Shown here piece after piece: positions 12,030-25,730 of a stretch of DNA of 64,000 bases. The stretch's first letter is position 1; the number at the start of each line of letters is the position of its first letter. Under the pieces are notes generated by a model that saw nothing but the letters and a program-made list of their open reading frames with translations, had not been told where the DNA came from and did no database searches. The translations under genes and the position numbers were made by a program. Source of the stretch: Octopus vulgaris. Its lineage: Eukaryota. The stretch spans positions 58,218,001-58,282,000 of the forward strand of contig OX597817.1 of the NCBI GenBank assembly GCA_951406725.2, given 5' to 3'.

Positions 12030-13950
12030 TTGGAAAATATTCCTAACATCAAACTGCAACAAGTAACTTTAGATGCCAAGAACCTTCCTAAGTATTCTAG
12101 CTGTCTCTAATAACTTTTTCTGGAGTTGCTCTACACTAAGTTTTATGCCAATTTCATCTATCCTTTTCTTCAAATCTTTTGGAATAGTTCCTAATGCACC
12201 AATAACCACAGGAATACATTTTCCCTGCACTTTCTTTACTCTCTGTAACCTTGCTATATGTTCTGGTACTTTGCTGTTTTCTCTATACCTCTCATATTGA
12301 CTTACTCATCATTTGAGCCTGTTACAGTTAATCACCTAGCACTTTCTATTGTCTTTATCTGCTCCTACTAAATCAAGCCTTCTAGCTTCTACTACTCTGT
12401 CAGTCTTAATGTTAAAGTTCAACAACATCTTATATTTCTTACTTTCTAACACTATACTAGGTTCGTGTTCATATCATTTATAAGTATGGTAAAATCCCAG
12501 TAGATTATTCTCCCTAGGTTGTCATGTCTTTTTTGATATTATTTCTGTGCCAGTATACTACATTCACTAACTATATGAGTAACACTTTCTTCCTTTGGCT
12601 TACATAACCTACATTGAAAATTTATCTAATTTTTGTCTAATTTGGCTTTTATCCAGTTAGTCCACAATGCCTAATCCTGTGCTGCTACTAACAAACTTTC
12701 TGTCTCCCTTTTCAGCCTTCCTTTCTGCAATTACACCCATATTTCACTATTATTATTTTCTGCCACTATCTTTGGAAATCTACCATGCAAAGCCTTCTCT
12801 TGCCTGTCGGATAATCTTGCTTCTTCTTTCTGGGTTTTAACAATATTTGGCATTTTGGTTTTCCTATCTCTTACTGTCACTCTAGCAACTCTTAATAACA
12901 TTTCCTCACTATTACTTACATACCTAACTCCAGACAGTCATCTACAGATATTAAACCTCTACCATCTTCCTTTCTAGTAAATATAGTTTTGCTACTCCTG
13001 CCCATGGTTGGAGTCCTCCATTCATATTGAATTCCTTCCCAGTTCTTCTGTCTAGATTTGCTTATTCAGATTTTGTCCAATCTACAAAAGCTGCTGAGTA
13101 TCAAAGTAATGATACTGCCCAAGTATTTACAGCCTTTACTTGTTTTGAACCATTTAACTTTGACTTCATTAGCTTCGTCACTCTTCTGATGTATTCCTCA
13201 ATTTTCTCTTTCATTTCTTTAGTTAGTACTCTGTCAGATTCTAATACAAATAGTTATAACATTTTCCTTCTTTCAGTGATTTTAATGTCTGGCCATCTGG
13301 TTACTGGATGCCTTCACTGTTAACTACCTGTCCCTTTTGTAGGACTAATATTGCAAACTCATCTATACCAAATTCCATGCCTATATCTTTGCTGAAGAGT
13401 CTTACAGTTTGTTTTAAGGAATCTATCTCTTTTTTATTCTTACTAAAAAGCTTCAGATCATCCATATAGATCAAATGGTTAATTTTCCCTTTACTAGTTC
13501 TGAACTGATACCCTGCCTTTGCCTTCCTTAATACTAAACTGAGGGGGATTAAACATAGGATAAATATTAAAGGGAGTAACGAGTCTCCTTGGAAAATTCC
13601 TCTCTTTAGAGGAATTGCCATAAGGCTGTATCATCTGAGTAAAGATCCATTTTCCATTTCTTCATGCTATAGCTAATTAAATCTCATATGCTGTCTACAA
13701 TACTGAATACACTCAAACATTGACTTCTCTGTGTGTGGAATCGTGTCACAAGTTTTCTTATAATCTATCCATGCCATTGTTAAATTTTTCTCTCTAAATT
13801 ACAATTCTTTTAGAACTGCTTTATTTATGAATAACAGTGATGATGATGAGGAGTTTTCTTCCTACAACCTTTCTGTTATTCTGGAAATAAGTTCTGGCTG
13901 TCAAGGTGCTTAAAAATGCTTTCTGAGAGCATTCCTGTTAAGACCCTGCA
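12030..13950 (-). mobile_element. Decayed R4/Dong-like retrotransposon, RT through RLE domain
   Basis: ORF 13301-13621 reads GIFQGDSLLPLIFILCL...INHLIYMDDLKLF (RT domains 4-5). CCHC/RLE remnants lie at 12.1-12.6 kb; many stops. Confidence 0.8.
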
Positions 13951-14433
13951 CACCTGGCGTGATTCTACTGGCTCATTGCCTTAAATACCAACTTAATTAT
14001 GGTTTCAGATTTTAATACAGGGCCAGCAATTTCAGGGGAGATGGTGGGGGGTAAGTCAATTATATTGGCCCCAGTCCATGACTTGTTTCATCGATCTCAA
14101 AGTGATGAAAAGCAACTTCAACATCTGCAAAATGTGAACCCAGAACGTAAAGACTGGTCAGACGCTGCTAAGCATTTTTCCCAGCATGCTAACAATTCTG
14201 CCAGCTTGCCACCTCATACCTGCTTAATAACAACAGTTATTTTCCTAGATTCTTTATTTACGTTATTTACATTATTTACATTTGATGGATATTTGTCCTT
14301 ATCTTGTTTGATGTTAGCACCCAGTGTCACTTTGATGGCATGCACTGCTCTCTCACTCAATAATAATAATAATAATAATAATAACATCGAAAAATACCTT
14401 AGGGATGAGAAACCAGGTTCGAAATTTCCCCAA

Positions 14434-14479
14434 GACACCTGATGAAGGCTGGCGGGCGTATCAGCCGAAACGTTGTGTT
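14434..14479 (+). ncRNA. Minimal type I hammerhead ribozyme motif, family H2
   Basis: GACAC-CTGATGA-A-GGCTGG(CGGGCGTA)TCAGCC-GAAAC-GTT-GTGTT. 5-bp helix I, 6-bp helix II, palindromic AACGTT helix III, triplet GUU. Confidence 0.75.
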
Positions 14480-15896
14480 AATAACAAACCAGATGAGGAC
14501 AAATATCTGTCAAATATAAATAATGTAAATAATGTAAATCATCATCATCATCATCATCGTTTAATGTACATAATTCCTCATCTCTTAAGTATAGAACTGT
14601 AAATTCTTTATTATTTGAAAATCTAAATGAAACAAAGGCTGTGCATTTCGATGGAAATATGGTAACAAAATAATAAATGAGTAAAATAAATAACAACATT
14701 GAAATGTTATTGAGACAACCACAGCAATAACAACAATACAACACATCCCAAAATACATCATCATCATCATTATTGTCATCACCATCATTTAATGTTGGTT
14801 TTCTGTTCTGGCATGAGTTGGACTCCACATAATTTGCTGTAATTTATAATTTCACTTAAACTACAGTTTAAGATAATAACTTTTGGATTTAATGTAATGC
14901 AACCCCAACATTTCATTTCTGTTATATTGATTTCATGAGTTCAAATATATTGCAGATATCTATAATCTGATAATCCACAGTTTCACTCATCCTCGGAAGT
15001 AATTAACAAAATTTCTTAGTCTGATTAATTGAGGATTAGTTAGTTTATTATTAGTTAGTTTCCAGACTTGACCACCTTAGTCGTGTGATTTCAGTCACCT
15101 TTAGGAATACCTTGGGAAATTACCTTCTCCCATAGTCTTGGTCCAATCCCAAACTGGGGAAATTGTGAGGAATCCTGTCAAACTCTGGTTATTATTAAAT
15201 AGTATAGCTTATCTATCACCTGATTTAATGCCACCAGATGGCACATGTGAACCATTAGCAGAATCCACTCTATTGCAAACGTTGGGACAAGATATTCAGT
15301 CAGAGTATAGTCTGGTGATAGGGAAGTAATGCCTTGCAGGAAACTGGTGAGGGTTAGCAACAGGAAGGGCATCCAGATGTAGAAAATCTAACTGGATGAA
15401 TTCCATCTGACCAATGCAAGACTGGAAAAGTGGACATTAAAAAGATGATAATATATATACATATAAACATCTATATATGTGTGTATATATATGCATGTAT
15501 GTATGTATGTATGTATGTGTATATATATATATATGCATATATATATACATACACACACACACATATATATACATACATACATATATTTATAAATATAAAT
15601 ATATATATATATATAGGATTACATTAACTACTGTAACCTTGTTCTCTTTTTAACATGGTAAGGTGTAATTTGAGTGAAGCTTAGCTGCTATATCTAGCAA
15701 CGTAGAACAAACATAAAGAAGCTGCTTTGTTTAATTAATAGTTTGTTATTAAAATGTGTGAAAGGAGGGAAAGTTGAAAATGAGATAATATATATACATA
15801 TATACATCTATATATGTGTGTATATATATGCATGTATGTATGTATGTATGTATGTATGTATGTATGTATGTATGTATATGTATGTATGTATGTATT

Positions 15897-16002
<106 letters not shown>

Positions 16003-16251
16003 TTAGGGAGTATAACTCTAAACTTACAGGGAAAAATTCAATTTAGTATTAAATCAAATTTCACAATATAAATATATAAAATATAAATTAGAGATAAAAC
16101 CACTATTATGCAACTCAAACAGTGACAGATATAAACCAAAACATAAATAACAAATAAAATATAATTTTATAAAATTATATTTTATTTGTTATTTATGTTT
16201 TGGTTTATGTTTATCACTGTTTGAGTTGCATTCTAGTGGTTTTATCTGTAA

Positions 16252-16315
<64 letters not shown>

Positions 16316-16954
16316 TCCATACCACCAATCAACCCAAATAACTTAGTTGTGTTTAAGCTGGTGTTTTGAACATATTTTAACATGAAATTTTGATTTAAAA
16401 CAAAAACGTTGGCATCATAGAACTCAGGTGAGTGCTGATATCAAAAGTGTTAATTGATTCACCTGTCTTTCACCTAATTACTCCTTTACCTGAATAACCA
16501 ATCCCAATTAACACTCCTCTCATTTTCAACTTTCCCTCCTTTCACACATTTTAATAATAAACTATTAATTAAACAAAGCAGCTTCTTTATGTTTGTTCTA
16601 TGTTGCTAGATATAGCAGCTAAGCTTCACTCAAATTACACCTTACCATGTTAAAAAGAGAACAAGGTTACAGTAGTTAATGTAATCCTAGATTTGCAAAA
16701 TATGGGATTGTCATGGCTGGAACCGCATTGATCATAGGTCTGCTCAGTCATGGCTGACTCAAAACTAAACAACAAAACAATGGCAAGAAACTGTTTATAT
16801 CTTCTCTGTATCTCTTGTTACAACCTCTGTCTGATCCTCCCACCAACCTCATTAAATCAGGCCATTATTAATTATTCATATCTGCTTTTAGTAATTATTT
16901 TTAATAAAAATCTGGCTTCTGGCCACAGCAGCTTTTCTTCACTTATTATTATTC

Positions 16955-17032
<78 letters not shown>

Positions 17033-17292
17033 TATTTTTATTATTTTTTATTGTAAGGTACTTAATTGGTAGAATCATTACCATGCTGGACTAAATGTTT
17101 GGTGGCTTTTTGTCTGTCTTTAGCTTCTGTGTTCAAATTCTGCTGAGGTCAGCTTTGCTTTACATTCTTTTGGGGCTGATGAAATAACTACCAGTTGTGC
17201 ACTGGATTCAATGTATTTCACTAGCACATCCTCCCCAAAAATTTCAGGCCTTGTGCCAATAGCAGAAAAGATCATCATCATCATTATTATTC

Positions 17293-17845
17293 AGTGATCT
17301 TATTTTTGTCACGTGCTTTCAATGTCCTACTGAGCAGAGCTCTGTGTGCCATGAGTATGTGCTGTGATTTGTTGTGGTGCTCTTATTTTTACTATATTGA
17401 AAGTGTTTTACATAGGATGTGTGCGGTGCCTAGTAGTGCTATTTTCTGTATGTCAATATATACTTGTAATACCCGGTGTTTTTGTTATGTATTTGTTTGA
17501 ATGTTTTTTTATCCTAGCTAATGCGCCTACTATTATAGAAATTGCTTCTGTCTTTAGGCTCCACATTCGAGTTACCTCTATTTCCAGGTCTTTGTATTTT
17601 GAGAGTTTCTCCATTTCTTTTAGAGAAACATTGTCATCTGTTGATATTGATACATCAATTAGAAAGCATTTTTTCTTCATGATCTCTGACAACTTTATCT
17701 GCCCTATTGGTCTTACTTTCTCTATCTGTGTACATTGGCATATTCCAGAGTATGGTTGCTTTCTCATTTTCTGGGGTGTACCTACACCAATTTTTTCTGT
17801 TGTTATTCCATAGTGTTGGCATAGTTTCCAGCATATATAGGTCCC
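17293..17845 (-). mobile_element. R4/Dong-like 3' fragment (same family as 10940-11615)
   Basis: WKLCQHYGITTEK...KKCFLIDVSISTDDNVSLKEMEKLSKYKDLEIEVTRMW; shares the 3' UTR. Confidence 0.8.
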
Positions 17846-17924
17846 ATTATTATCATCATCGTCATCCTTATCATCATCATCATTACCATCATCATTATCA
17901 ATAATAATAATAATAATAATAATA

Positions 17925-17970
<46 letters not shown>

Positions 17971-18167
17971 CAATGATAATAATCAGATCCCTGGGAAACC
18001 AACGATCTATGAAAGTCAAAAAATTGTGTTGACATTAACCACCCACATTCTCAGGAAGTTTCCCTCCATCTAATATATATAAGCCTTAGGTCTCTGGTTG
18101 AGACCCAGTCAGAAGATGAAAGAAAATGCAATTCAATCGGAAAATGATAATAATAATAATGATGATG

Positions 18168-18249
<82 letters not shown>

Positions 18250-18276
18250 TAATAATAATAATAATGATAATAATAA

Positions 18277-18314
<38 letters not shown>

Positions 18315-19328
18315 GGTAGCAAGCTACTGGAATCGCTGGCATGTTAAGCAATATATTTAGTGGTGTTTTAACCCAGCTCTTTATGTTTTAAATTATAAGG
18401 AAATGGTTACAATGACTTCAAAGATTTGGCTTGCTCATTTTCATGTTGTGATTTATTTTGATTCTTTTTGGAGATGTATAGTCTTGTCAGATTATATTTT
18501 GTGGTAAGTGGAACTATATGACTGATTCTAAGGTATAGTAAAGGTAAACAAGGAAAGTATTTGTGTGTGAGAGATTTGAAAATAAGAGGAAAGTATGTGT
18601 TTCTAGGGTGTGACTTAACAGAAAAGTATAGTGAGGAGATTTATTTTGGTTTGATGTGGGAATTTGGCTGTTGTTTAGGGTTCAGTCAAGGTGAAAGCAG
18701 ATGTATCAAATTTAGGCCATGAGATTCTATAGGGTTGGTTTTTGTGGTGTTTTAGGCTTCACAAAAGAATGCTTGCTGATAATAAAGTTGGTCACACAGA
18801 ATAAGTCAGACTGACATTCAGTTTGGTCTTCGTGTTATTAGCTTTAGTTTAAGAAATTTTATGCTTGGTGAACAAACAGTTTCGGTATCATACAGTTTTT
18901 CTTTTCTCTCCTGTCTCTCAGCTCTTTTTTTCTTTTTTCTTCTCCTTTCTAAAGAGTATTATTCCAACACATCAGATTTGTTTCGGTTTCTTCTTTGATT
19001 TGTTCATCTTCATTGTACACTTCTTTGTTCCTTGTATTTTTTTTCATACTTTATATTTCTACACTTTTCAGGTATGCATTATTTTGAGTGGTAATTTTGT
19101 TTTTTTCCTCTTTGCCTCAAGTTTTGCTTGTGTAATTCATGTTATATTTTACCACTCTCTCTCAAAACAATGTGACACAAACACACACACACACACACAC
19201 ATTGGAACTCTCTCTTTCTCTCAAAACAAGGTGACACAAACATACACACATTGGAACTCTCTCTCTCTCTCTTTCTCTCAAAACAAAGTGACACAAACAC
19301 ATACAGATTGGAACTCTCTCTCTCTCTA

Positions 19329-19361
<33 letters not shown>

Positions 19362-20075
19362 GAACTTCTTACAGTTTCTGCCTCACCAAAATAGATTCAC
19401 AAGGCTTTGGTTGGCCTGGGGCTGCAGAAAAAGACACTTGCTCAGGGTGCCATGCCGTAAGACTAAAACCAGTGAGACTGGATCTGAATGGTTGGGAAGC
19501 AAACGTCTCCTAATCACACAGCCATGCCTACACTTATTGTTATATAAAGAAATTTTACTTGACCTCGTCACTTCATCAGTCACATTTTCTGCCCTCTGGT
19601 TACACTATCAACTCATATTTTAATGCTAACAGAGAATTTCTCCTTTTTCTATCTTTCAAGAATATGTTTGATTATTGTTTGGAAATGATATCAAAGCAAA
19701 GATTGGATCTTTGTGCAGTCCTCTAGCCCATCAGTTCTGTTAAACTGACCAGCCCATGCCAGTATGAAAGAAGGGACATTAAATGATGATGATGATAATG
19801 TTGATGATATAAAAATAGGATATGACTTAAATATTATATTTCTAAGAAAACTCACGACCCCCCCCATCCCATTGACATTTGCCACCTCCTTGACATTCAT
19901 TGACCTTTTGCTAGCCTTTGACCTTTACTAGCCTTGACCTTTGTTGTTTTCTTGTGAGCTCATGATTCCCTCATAGAGCACTATTGTCCAGATCAAGGAC
20001 CACTCTATGTAATGTATGTAGTTTCTTGTGGTTTTATTGTTTTCATAATACTCCATGCAATAACAACGTGTAGTG

Positions 20076-20268
20076 CAGTGGTTCCCAACCTTTTCACTAC
20101 CAACAATCCCTTTTATTTAAATGAGCTTTCCCACGGACCTCTTTTAATACGCTCATCCTTATGTATATATATATATATATATATGAAATTTTGTATTAAG
20201 TGCACAGACTCCCATTACTACCTTTGTGGATCACCAGGGGTCCATGGACCACAGGTTGGGAACCACTG
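20076..20268. mobile_element. hAT (Charlie-like) MITE
   Basis: TIRs CAGTGGTTCCCAACCT / AGGTTGGGAACCACTG, with an imperfect 8-bp TSD (GTGTAGTG / GTATAATG). Confidence 0.75.
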
Positions 20269-21165
20269 GTATAATGTCTTCTGTTAATGTTGTATTGGCA
20301 ACATCCTAAATACTAAGTTTTCTAAATAATATGGTCAAGCAGCTCAAGGCAGTGAGCTGGCTGAATCATTAGGACACCGGGCAAAATGCTTTGCAGCATA
20401 CCTTTCATCTTTCTGTTCTGAGTTCAAATTCTGCTGAGGACCATTTTGCTTGTCATCCTTTCAGGGTCGATAAAATGAGTAACCTGTTGATCCCTGGGGC
20501 TGATGTAATCGACTTTTCCCCCTCCCCAGAACATGCTGGCCTTGAGCTAAAATTTGAAGCCAAAATGTGTGAGTGGGTTCCATGTAATGTTTCTTATTGG
20601 TAGTACTATTCTGTTAGTGGTATTTTATGGAATTAGGCGGCTAGCTGGCAGTATCGTTAGCACGCTGGGTGAAATGCTTTGTGGTATTTCGTCTGCCGTT
20701 ACATTCTGAGTTCAAATTCCACCGAGGTCGACTTTGCCTTTCATCTTTTTGGGGTCGATAAATTAAGTACCAGTTATGCACTGGGTCGATGTAATTGACT
20801 CAATCCCCTTGTCTGTCCTTGTTTGTCTCCTCTGTGTTTAGCCCCTTGTGGGTAGTAAAGAAATAGGTATTTTATGGAATGTGTGCAAAGTTTTATAGTT
20901 TTACTTGCTGTGTGTTGTATGCAATAGCCATTGCTGCTCTGAGTTCAAATACTACCAAGGTCAACTGAGCCTTTTATCTTTTTGAGGTTGATAAACTAAG
21001 TACCAACCGAGTACTTGGGATGATGTCATCGACTACTTCTCTTCCCCCAAATTCCAGGCCTTGTGTGTGTGTGTGGCATGGGGAGGTAGGTGGAGGTAAG
21101 TGTCTGGTGAGTGAGTATTAAAAGGATTGAGTACATTTAAAATGCGGATTTGTTTTCCTTTTCAG

Positions 21166-21336
21166 AACATACCAAGTGATAATATTTTAATGCCAACCAA
21201 AGTTTGAGGACTCAACAGAATCCTGGACTATTAGAAGATTAAGGGCCCTTAAGAAGCCTAAGCCTCCAAATGCCATGGTATTCCTCTCTCTTCTGAATCT
21301 TGAAACTTAAGGAACCAAAGTCCAAAGTCTAAGCCG
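21166..21336 (+). other. Candidate non-coding (5' UTR) exon
   Basis: Unique sequence bounded by TTGTTTTCCTTTTCAG| and CCG|GTAAGT. All three frames contain stops. Confidence 0.3.
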
Positions 21337-21522
21337 GTAAGTCCCAGAATTATTTATCCAAGTTCAAGACACAAGTGTTGCTGTGTTGTAAGATGTTTGC
21401 TTTCCAACCACGATTCTGGGTTCAGTCCCACTGTGTGACACCTTGGACAAATGTCTTCTACTATAGCCTCAGGCCAACCAAAGCCTTGTGAGTGGATTTG
21501 GTAGATGGAAATTGAAAGACGC

Positions 21523-21561
<39 letters not shown>

Positions 21562-22137
21562 TCATCATCGCTTAACATCCACTTTCCATGCTAGCATAGG
21601 TTGGATGATTTGACTGAGGGCTGGCAAACGAGATGGCTGCACCAGGCTTCAATCTTGATCTGGCTGGATGCCCTTCCTAACGCCAACCACTCCGAGAGTG
21701 TAGTTGGTGCTTTTACTGGCACAGAAGCTGGTTAGCCACTCTGTCAATGATTACACTCGTATGGTTCTCTTTGCACCCTGCTAGCACGGACGCCAGTCAT
21801 CGAATTTGATTTGTATGAGTTAGAGGTTAAGCAACCATCTAAGGAATAATAAATATCCAATATACTACTGGAGGGATACCTATTTATAACCAAATGCTTA
21901 CTGTTGCAGAGCAATAGCGCAATTGAATAATAGGTATGAGTGGAGGGAAACAAAAGTTTATCCAGAATTTATAAGGCAAGGAAAAAAGTGGAGAAGATAT
22001 TCAATTGACAAACATCAGCAAGATCTATTTATTAACTACAATCATAGGAATAAATAATTAAATAAAGAAATGAATACAACTCTACTTTACTGTTTGTCTA
22101 TTAAATATCTTCTTCCTTGCCTTATATGTGTGTGTAT

Positions 22138-22960
22138 ATATATAAAACCAAGAAGAAGTTCCAGACACCCAGCTGAGTACTTGACAGACACTGACTTTGC
22201 TGACGACATCGCTCTTATCAGTGATTCTCTCTCCAACGCCCAGTCTCTTTTACAATCTCTTGAACAAGCCTCAAATTGTGTAGGTCTTTACCTCAATGAG
22301 GCCAAAACTGAATACATAAACAAGTGCCTGTCCAACAGTGATTGCATCATCCATACTCTCAACAATGTGCCCTTAAATATGGTTTCTGATTATAAATATC
22401 TTGGGTCATACATATTATCATCTGGAAAAGACTTTCTAACTAGAAAGGGTATGGCCTGGTCAGCCTGTAATGACATGCATAAGATCTGGTCATCAAATAT
22501 AAGTAGAGACTTCAAACTTGAAATATTCAAAGCCACAGTCGAACCAATTCTACTATATGGCTCAGAAACCTGGACATTATCAAAGAAGCTTGAGAGGCGG
22601 TTGGATGGAACCTACACTCGCCTCCTTATGAGAGCTCAAAATCTCTTGTGGAAGCGCCATCCAACCAAAATGCAAATATATGGGAAACTACCACCTGTGT
22701 CATCTCTTGTGAAAGGTAGGAGAGTCCAGTTTGCTGGACATTGTTGTAGAGCTGAAAAAGAAGTAATTTCTACTCTTCTCCTCTGGAAGCCATCTACTCT
22801 CAATACCAGAGGGTGCACACTCTCCTACCCTGATGTAATCTCCAGGGATACAGACATCCAGCAACAGGACCTCAGTAATGCCATGATGGACCGTGAAGTC
22901 TGGCGTAGCATGGTAAATTCCATTGTCTCAACCACGGTCGAACAATGATGATGATGATGA
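22138..22960 (+). mobile_element. 5'-truncated RTE/RTE-X-type LINE, RT C-terminal half with open frame and (TGA)n tail
   Basis: ORF reads LTDTDFADDIALIS...YKYLGS...ILLYGSETWTL...FAGHC...DREVWR. Inserted in (TA)n, with the stop directly followed by TGATGATGA. Confidence 0.85.
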
Positions 22961-23029
22961 TATATATATATATAGAGAGAGAGAGACAGAGAAAGAGAGG
23001 GAGAGACAGAGAAAAAGAGAGAGAGAGAC

Positions 23030-23600
23030 ACACATGTTAAGTCGGTAGTCCAGCTCTTCTCAAACACACTGCAGCATGTCTTGGGTAACAGTCTCCAGTA
23101 CAGTAGTGATTCTCTGCTCGAGTTCCTCTAGGTTTGCAGGGAGAGGCGGGACATAGGCCAAGCCCTTCACATAGCCCCATGTTTGCACTTTTGCATCTCA
23201 TCTGCTGTAATGGCCTGAATGAGTTGCAGTTTGTAGGGTTTCGTTAGCAAGCATTTCCTCAGGATGCACCTAACTGTTGGAGGAATCTAGGTTTCCAGAC
23301 TTGTTCTTCTTATGGACTTCTTGGGGCTTCGCAAGAGTTTTTAGCAAACCTGCTCAACTGTCTCTTCTGATGTTAGTGGTTGTCCAGATCCTTTTACCAT
23401 GCACAGACAGCCTTCCTCTTAAAAATTTTTGTGCCATGTTCAAATCTGCATTGCTATTGGTAACTTTGTAGAGAACCCTCTCAGAAATGCATGCTGCTCA
23501 GTCTTATTTGACTATGTCCGAGCATACTCCAATACACAAAACGCCTTTTCTCTTCCAGTGAATGCCATTTCTATACCCGAAAAGATAAACATATCAAACA
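23030..23600 (-). mobile_element. Internally deleted Tc1/mariner transposase relic
   Basis: Minus strand reads WGYVKGLAYVPPLPANLEELEQRITTVLETVTQDML, with an N-terminal EKAFCVLEYART/KPYKLQL remnant. Confidence 0.7.
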
Positions 23601-24300
23601 TTAAACATAAAATTTTGACCTGTTTCTACACATGCTGTTAAAATTTGAAGTCATTTGAACAAGAACTAGCAAAGTTATTAGATTGCAAAATGATATCAAA
23701 TTTTTTGAAACACCCTGCACAACAGACTTCTACAGTTTCCATCTACCAAATTCACTCACAAGGCATTGGTCAGCCTGGGGTGATAGTAGAAGAAACTTGT
23801 CCAAGACACAGCAAGGTGGGACTGAATGCAAAACCAAACAGTTACTAAGTAAGCTTTTTAACCACACAGCAATGTCCGTGTAGGACTGCATTATCAAACG
23901 TTTTCAAGGTCAGATTATGATCAATTCATACTCTAAACACAACCCAGCAATGATTTCCCTTCAACCCTTCGACTTTTTATAGGACAAGACCTTAACACCT
24001 AAGTCCAGAATGTGAAATAACAAATTAAAAAAACAGTTTTTCTCCAGGTCATTCCCAGAGCCAAACCCCAACAATTATATTCTTTTCTACTCAAGGCCTG
24101 AAATTTTGGGGTAGGGGGCCAGTCGATTAAATCAACCAGTATGCAACTGGTACTTAATTTATCGACCCTGAAAGGATGAAAGGAAAAGTCGACTTCAGTG
24201 GAATTTGAACTCAGAACGTAAAGACAGACAAAATACCACTCAGTATTTCACCCGGCATGCTAATGTTTCTGCCAGCTTGCCGCCTCAACAATTATATTAA

Positions 24301-24515
24301 CGCTTTACCATTTAAACCAGTCATACCTGACCTAAATATTCTACCTGTTTTATGTTCAATCTGGCCAGATCTGGTCTTTCACACTTAACCGACAATGCCA
24401 TTCTAAAACTAAACATATGCATCACTGAAATATCAAAGCTATGAAGTAATGCATGATTCATTCAAAACATTATGAATAAATAAGCATTTGACAGAATAAT
24501 CTGAACGCTAAAGGG
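24301..24515. mobile_element. piggyBac-like MITE
   Basis: TTAA|CGCTTTAC ... CTAAAGGG|TTAA: TTAA TSD with CCC/GGG-type termini. Confidence 0.55.
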
Positions 24516-25730
24516 TTAAATCGATATAATCTATCTTTTGATTTTAATTTTATTCATTTAACACCCAAAAGGAGTAAGCAATTAACAGGTGTTGTCATAT
24601 TTCTGTTGAAATACATGGCCATTCTGTCACTTAATTTTCAGATTAATAAAGAATATATATTTCTTTATTGCCCACAAGGGGCTAAACATAGAGGGGACAA
24701 ACAAGGATAGACAAACGGACTAAGTCGATTATATCGACCCCAGTGCGTAACTGGTACTTATTTAATCGACCCCAAAAGGATGAAAGGCAAAGTCGACCTC
24801 GGCGGAATTTGAACTCAGAACGTAGCAACAGACGAAATACCTATTTCTTTACTACCCACAAGGGGCTAAACACAGAGAGGACAAACAAGGACAGACAAAC
24901 GGATTAAGCCGATTATATCGACCCCAGTGCGTAACTGGTACTTATTTAATCGACCCCGAAAGGATGAAAGGCAAAGTTGACCTCGGCGGAATTTGAACTC
25001 AAAACGTAACAGCAGATGAAATACGGCTACGCATTTCGCCTGGCGTGCTAACGTTTCTGCAAGCTCGCCGCCTTTCACATTAATAAAGAATAAAGTAAAA
25101 TAGGTTTGGCATTAATAAATGGTGCTTAAAATATAAACTGGCATGAAATTTTCATGAGAGTTATTATGTATGGCAGAATCAGTAGAGAGTCTGATGTAGT
25201 ATTTTGGGGTGTTTGGTTGTGATTCTCTATGTTCTGTGTTCAAATAATACTCGGGTCCATATTGCCTGTCAATTTTTTTTTTTGTGGTTGATAAAAAAAA
25301 AAAGGATCTGTTAGTGAAAAGGGTGGATTTCAATATAGCAACCCTTGCAGGTGATGCCCCAGCATGGCCACCATCCAATGAATGGAAGACAGTGAAATGA
25401 TAAAAGAGGTGATTAAATATTTAATACAAAACATTACTTTGATTTGTTCCATCTTAGTATTTGATTTGTTGCCAAGAGATTTTTATATTTCACAATGTCT
25501 GTAGCCTTGTTAATTAGGTTAATGAGTGGGGGAAGGGGAGATTTGGTTGATAATAAGACGATGGGGTTGTTTTTTGCAAAAATCCATCTCAGCATAAACT
25601 TGTGAATGGTAACCCCTACCTTACACTTGCCCAGTATGGGTGAGGTGTTGGCAGATGTGGTTGTGTGGTCAAGAAGTTTGCTTCTTAACTACCTTAAGGT
25701 GCCATGTGGCACCTTAATACTTTACTTACT

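Noticed and set aside
14405-14602. Recurrent peptide MRTQVRNFPKTPDEGWRVYQPKRCV in three ORFs (14405, 41099, 41563)
   Set aside because: It is the translation of the H2 repeat across its hammerhead motif. The conservation is explained at the RNA/repeat level.
22070-22948. 292-aa ORF as a host gene
   Set aside because: It is a 5'-truncated LINE RT fragment; the N-terminal residues come from flanking DNA and microsatellite.
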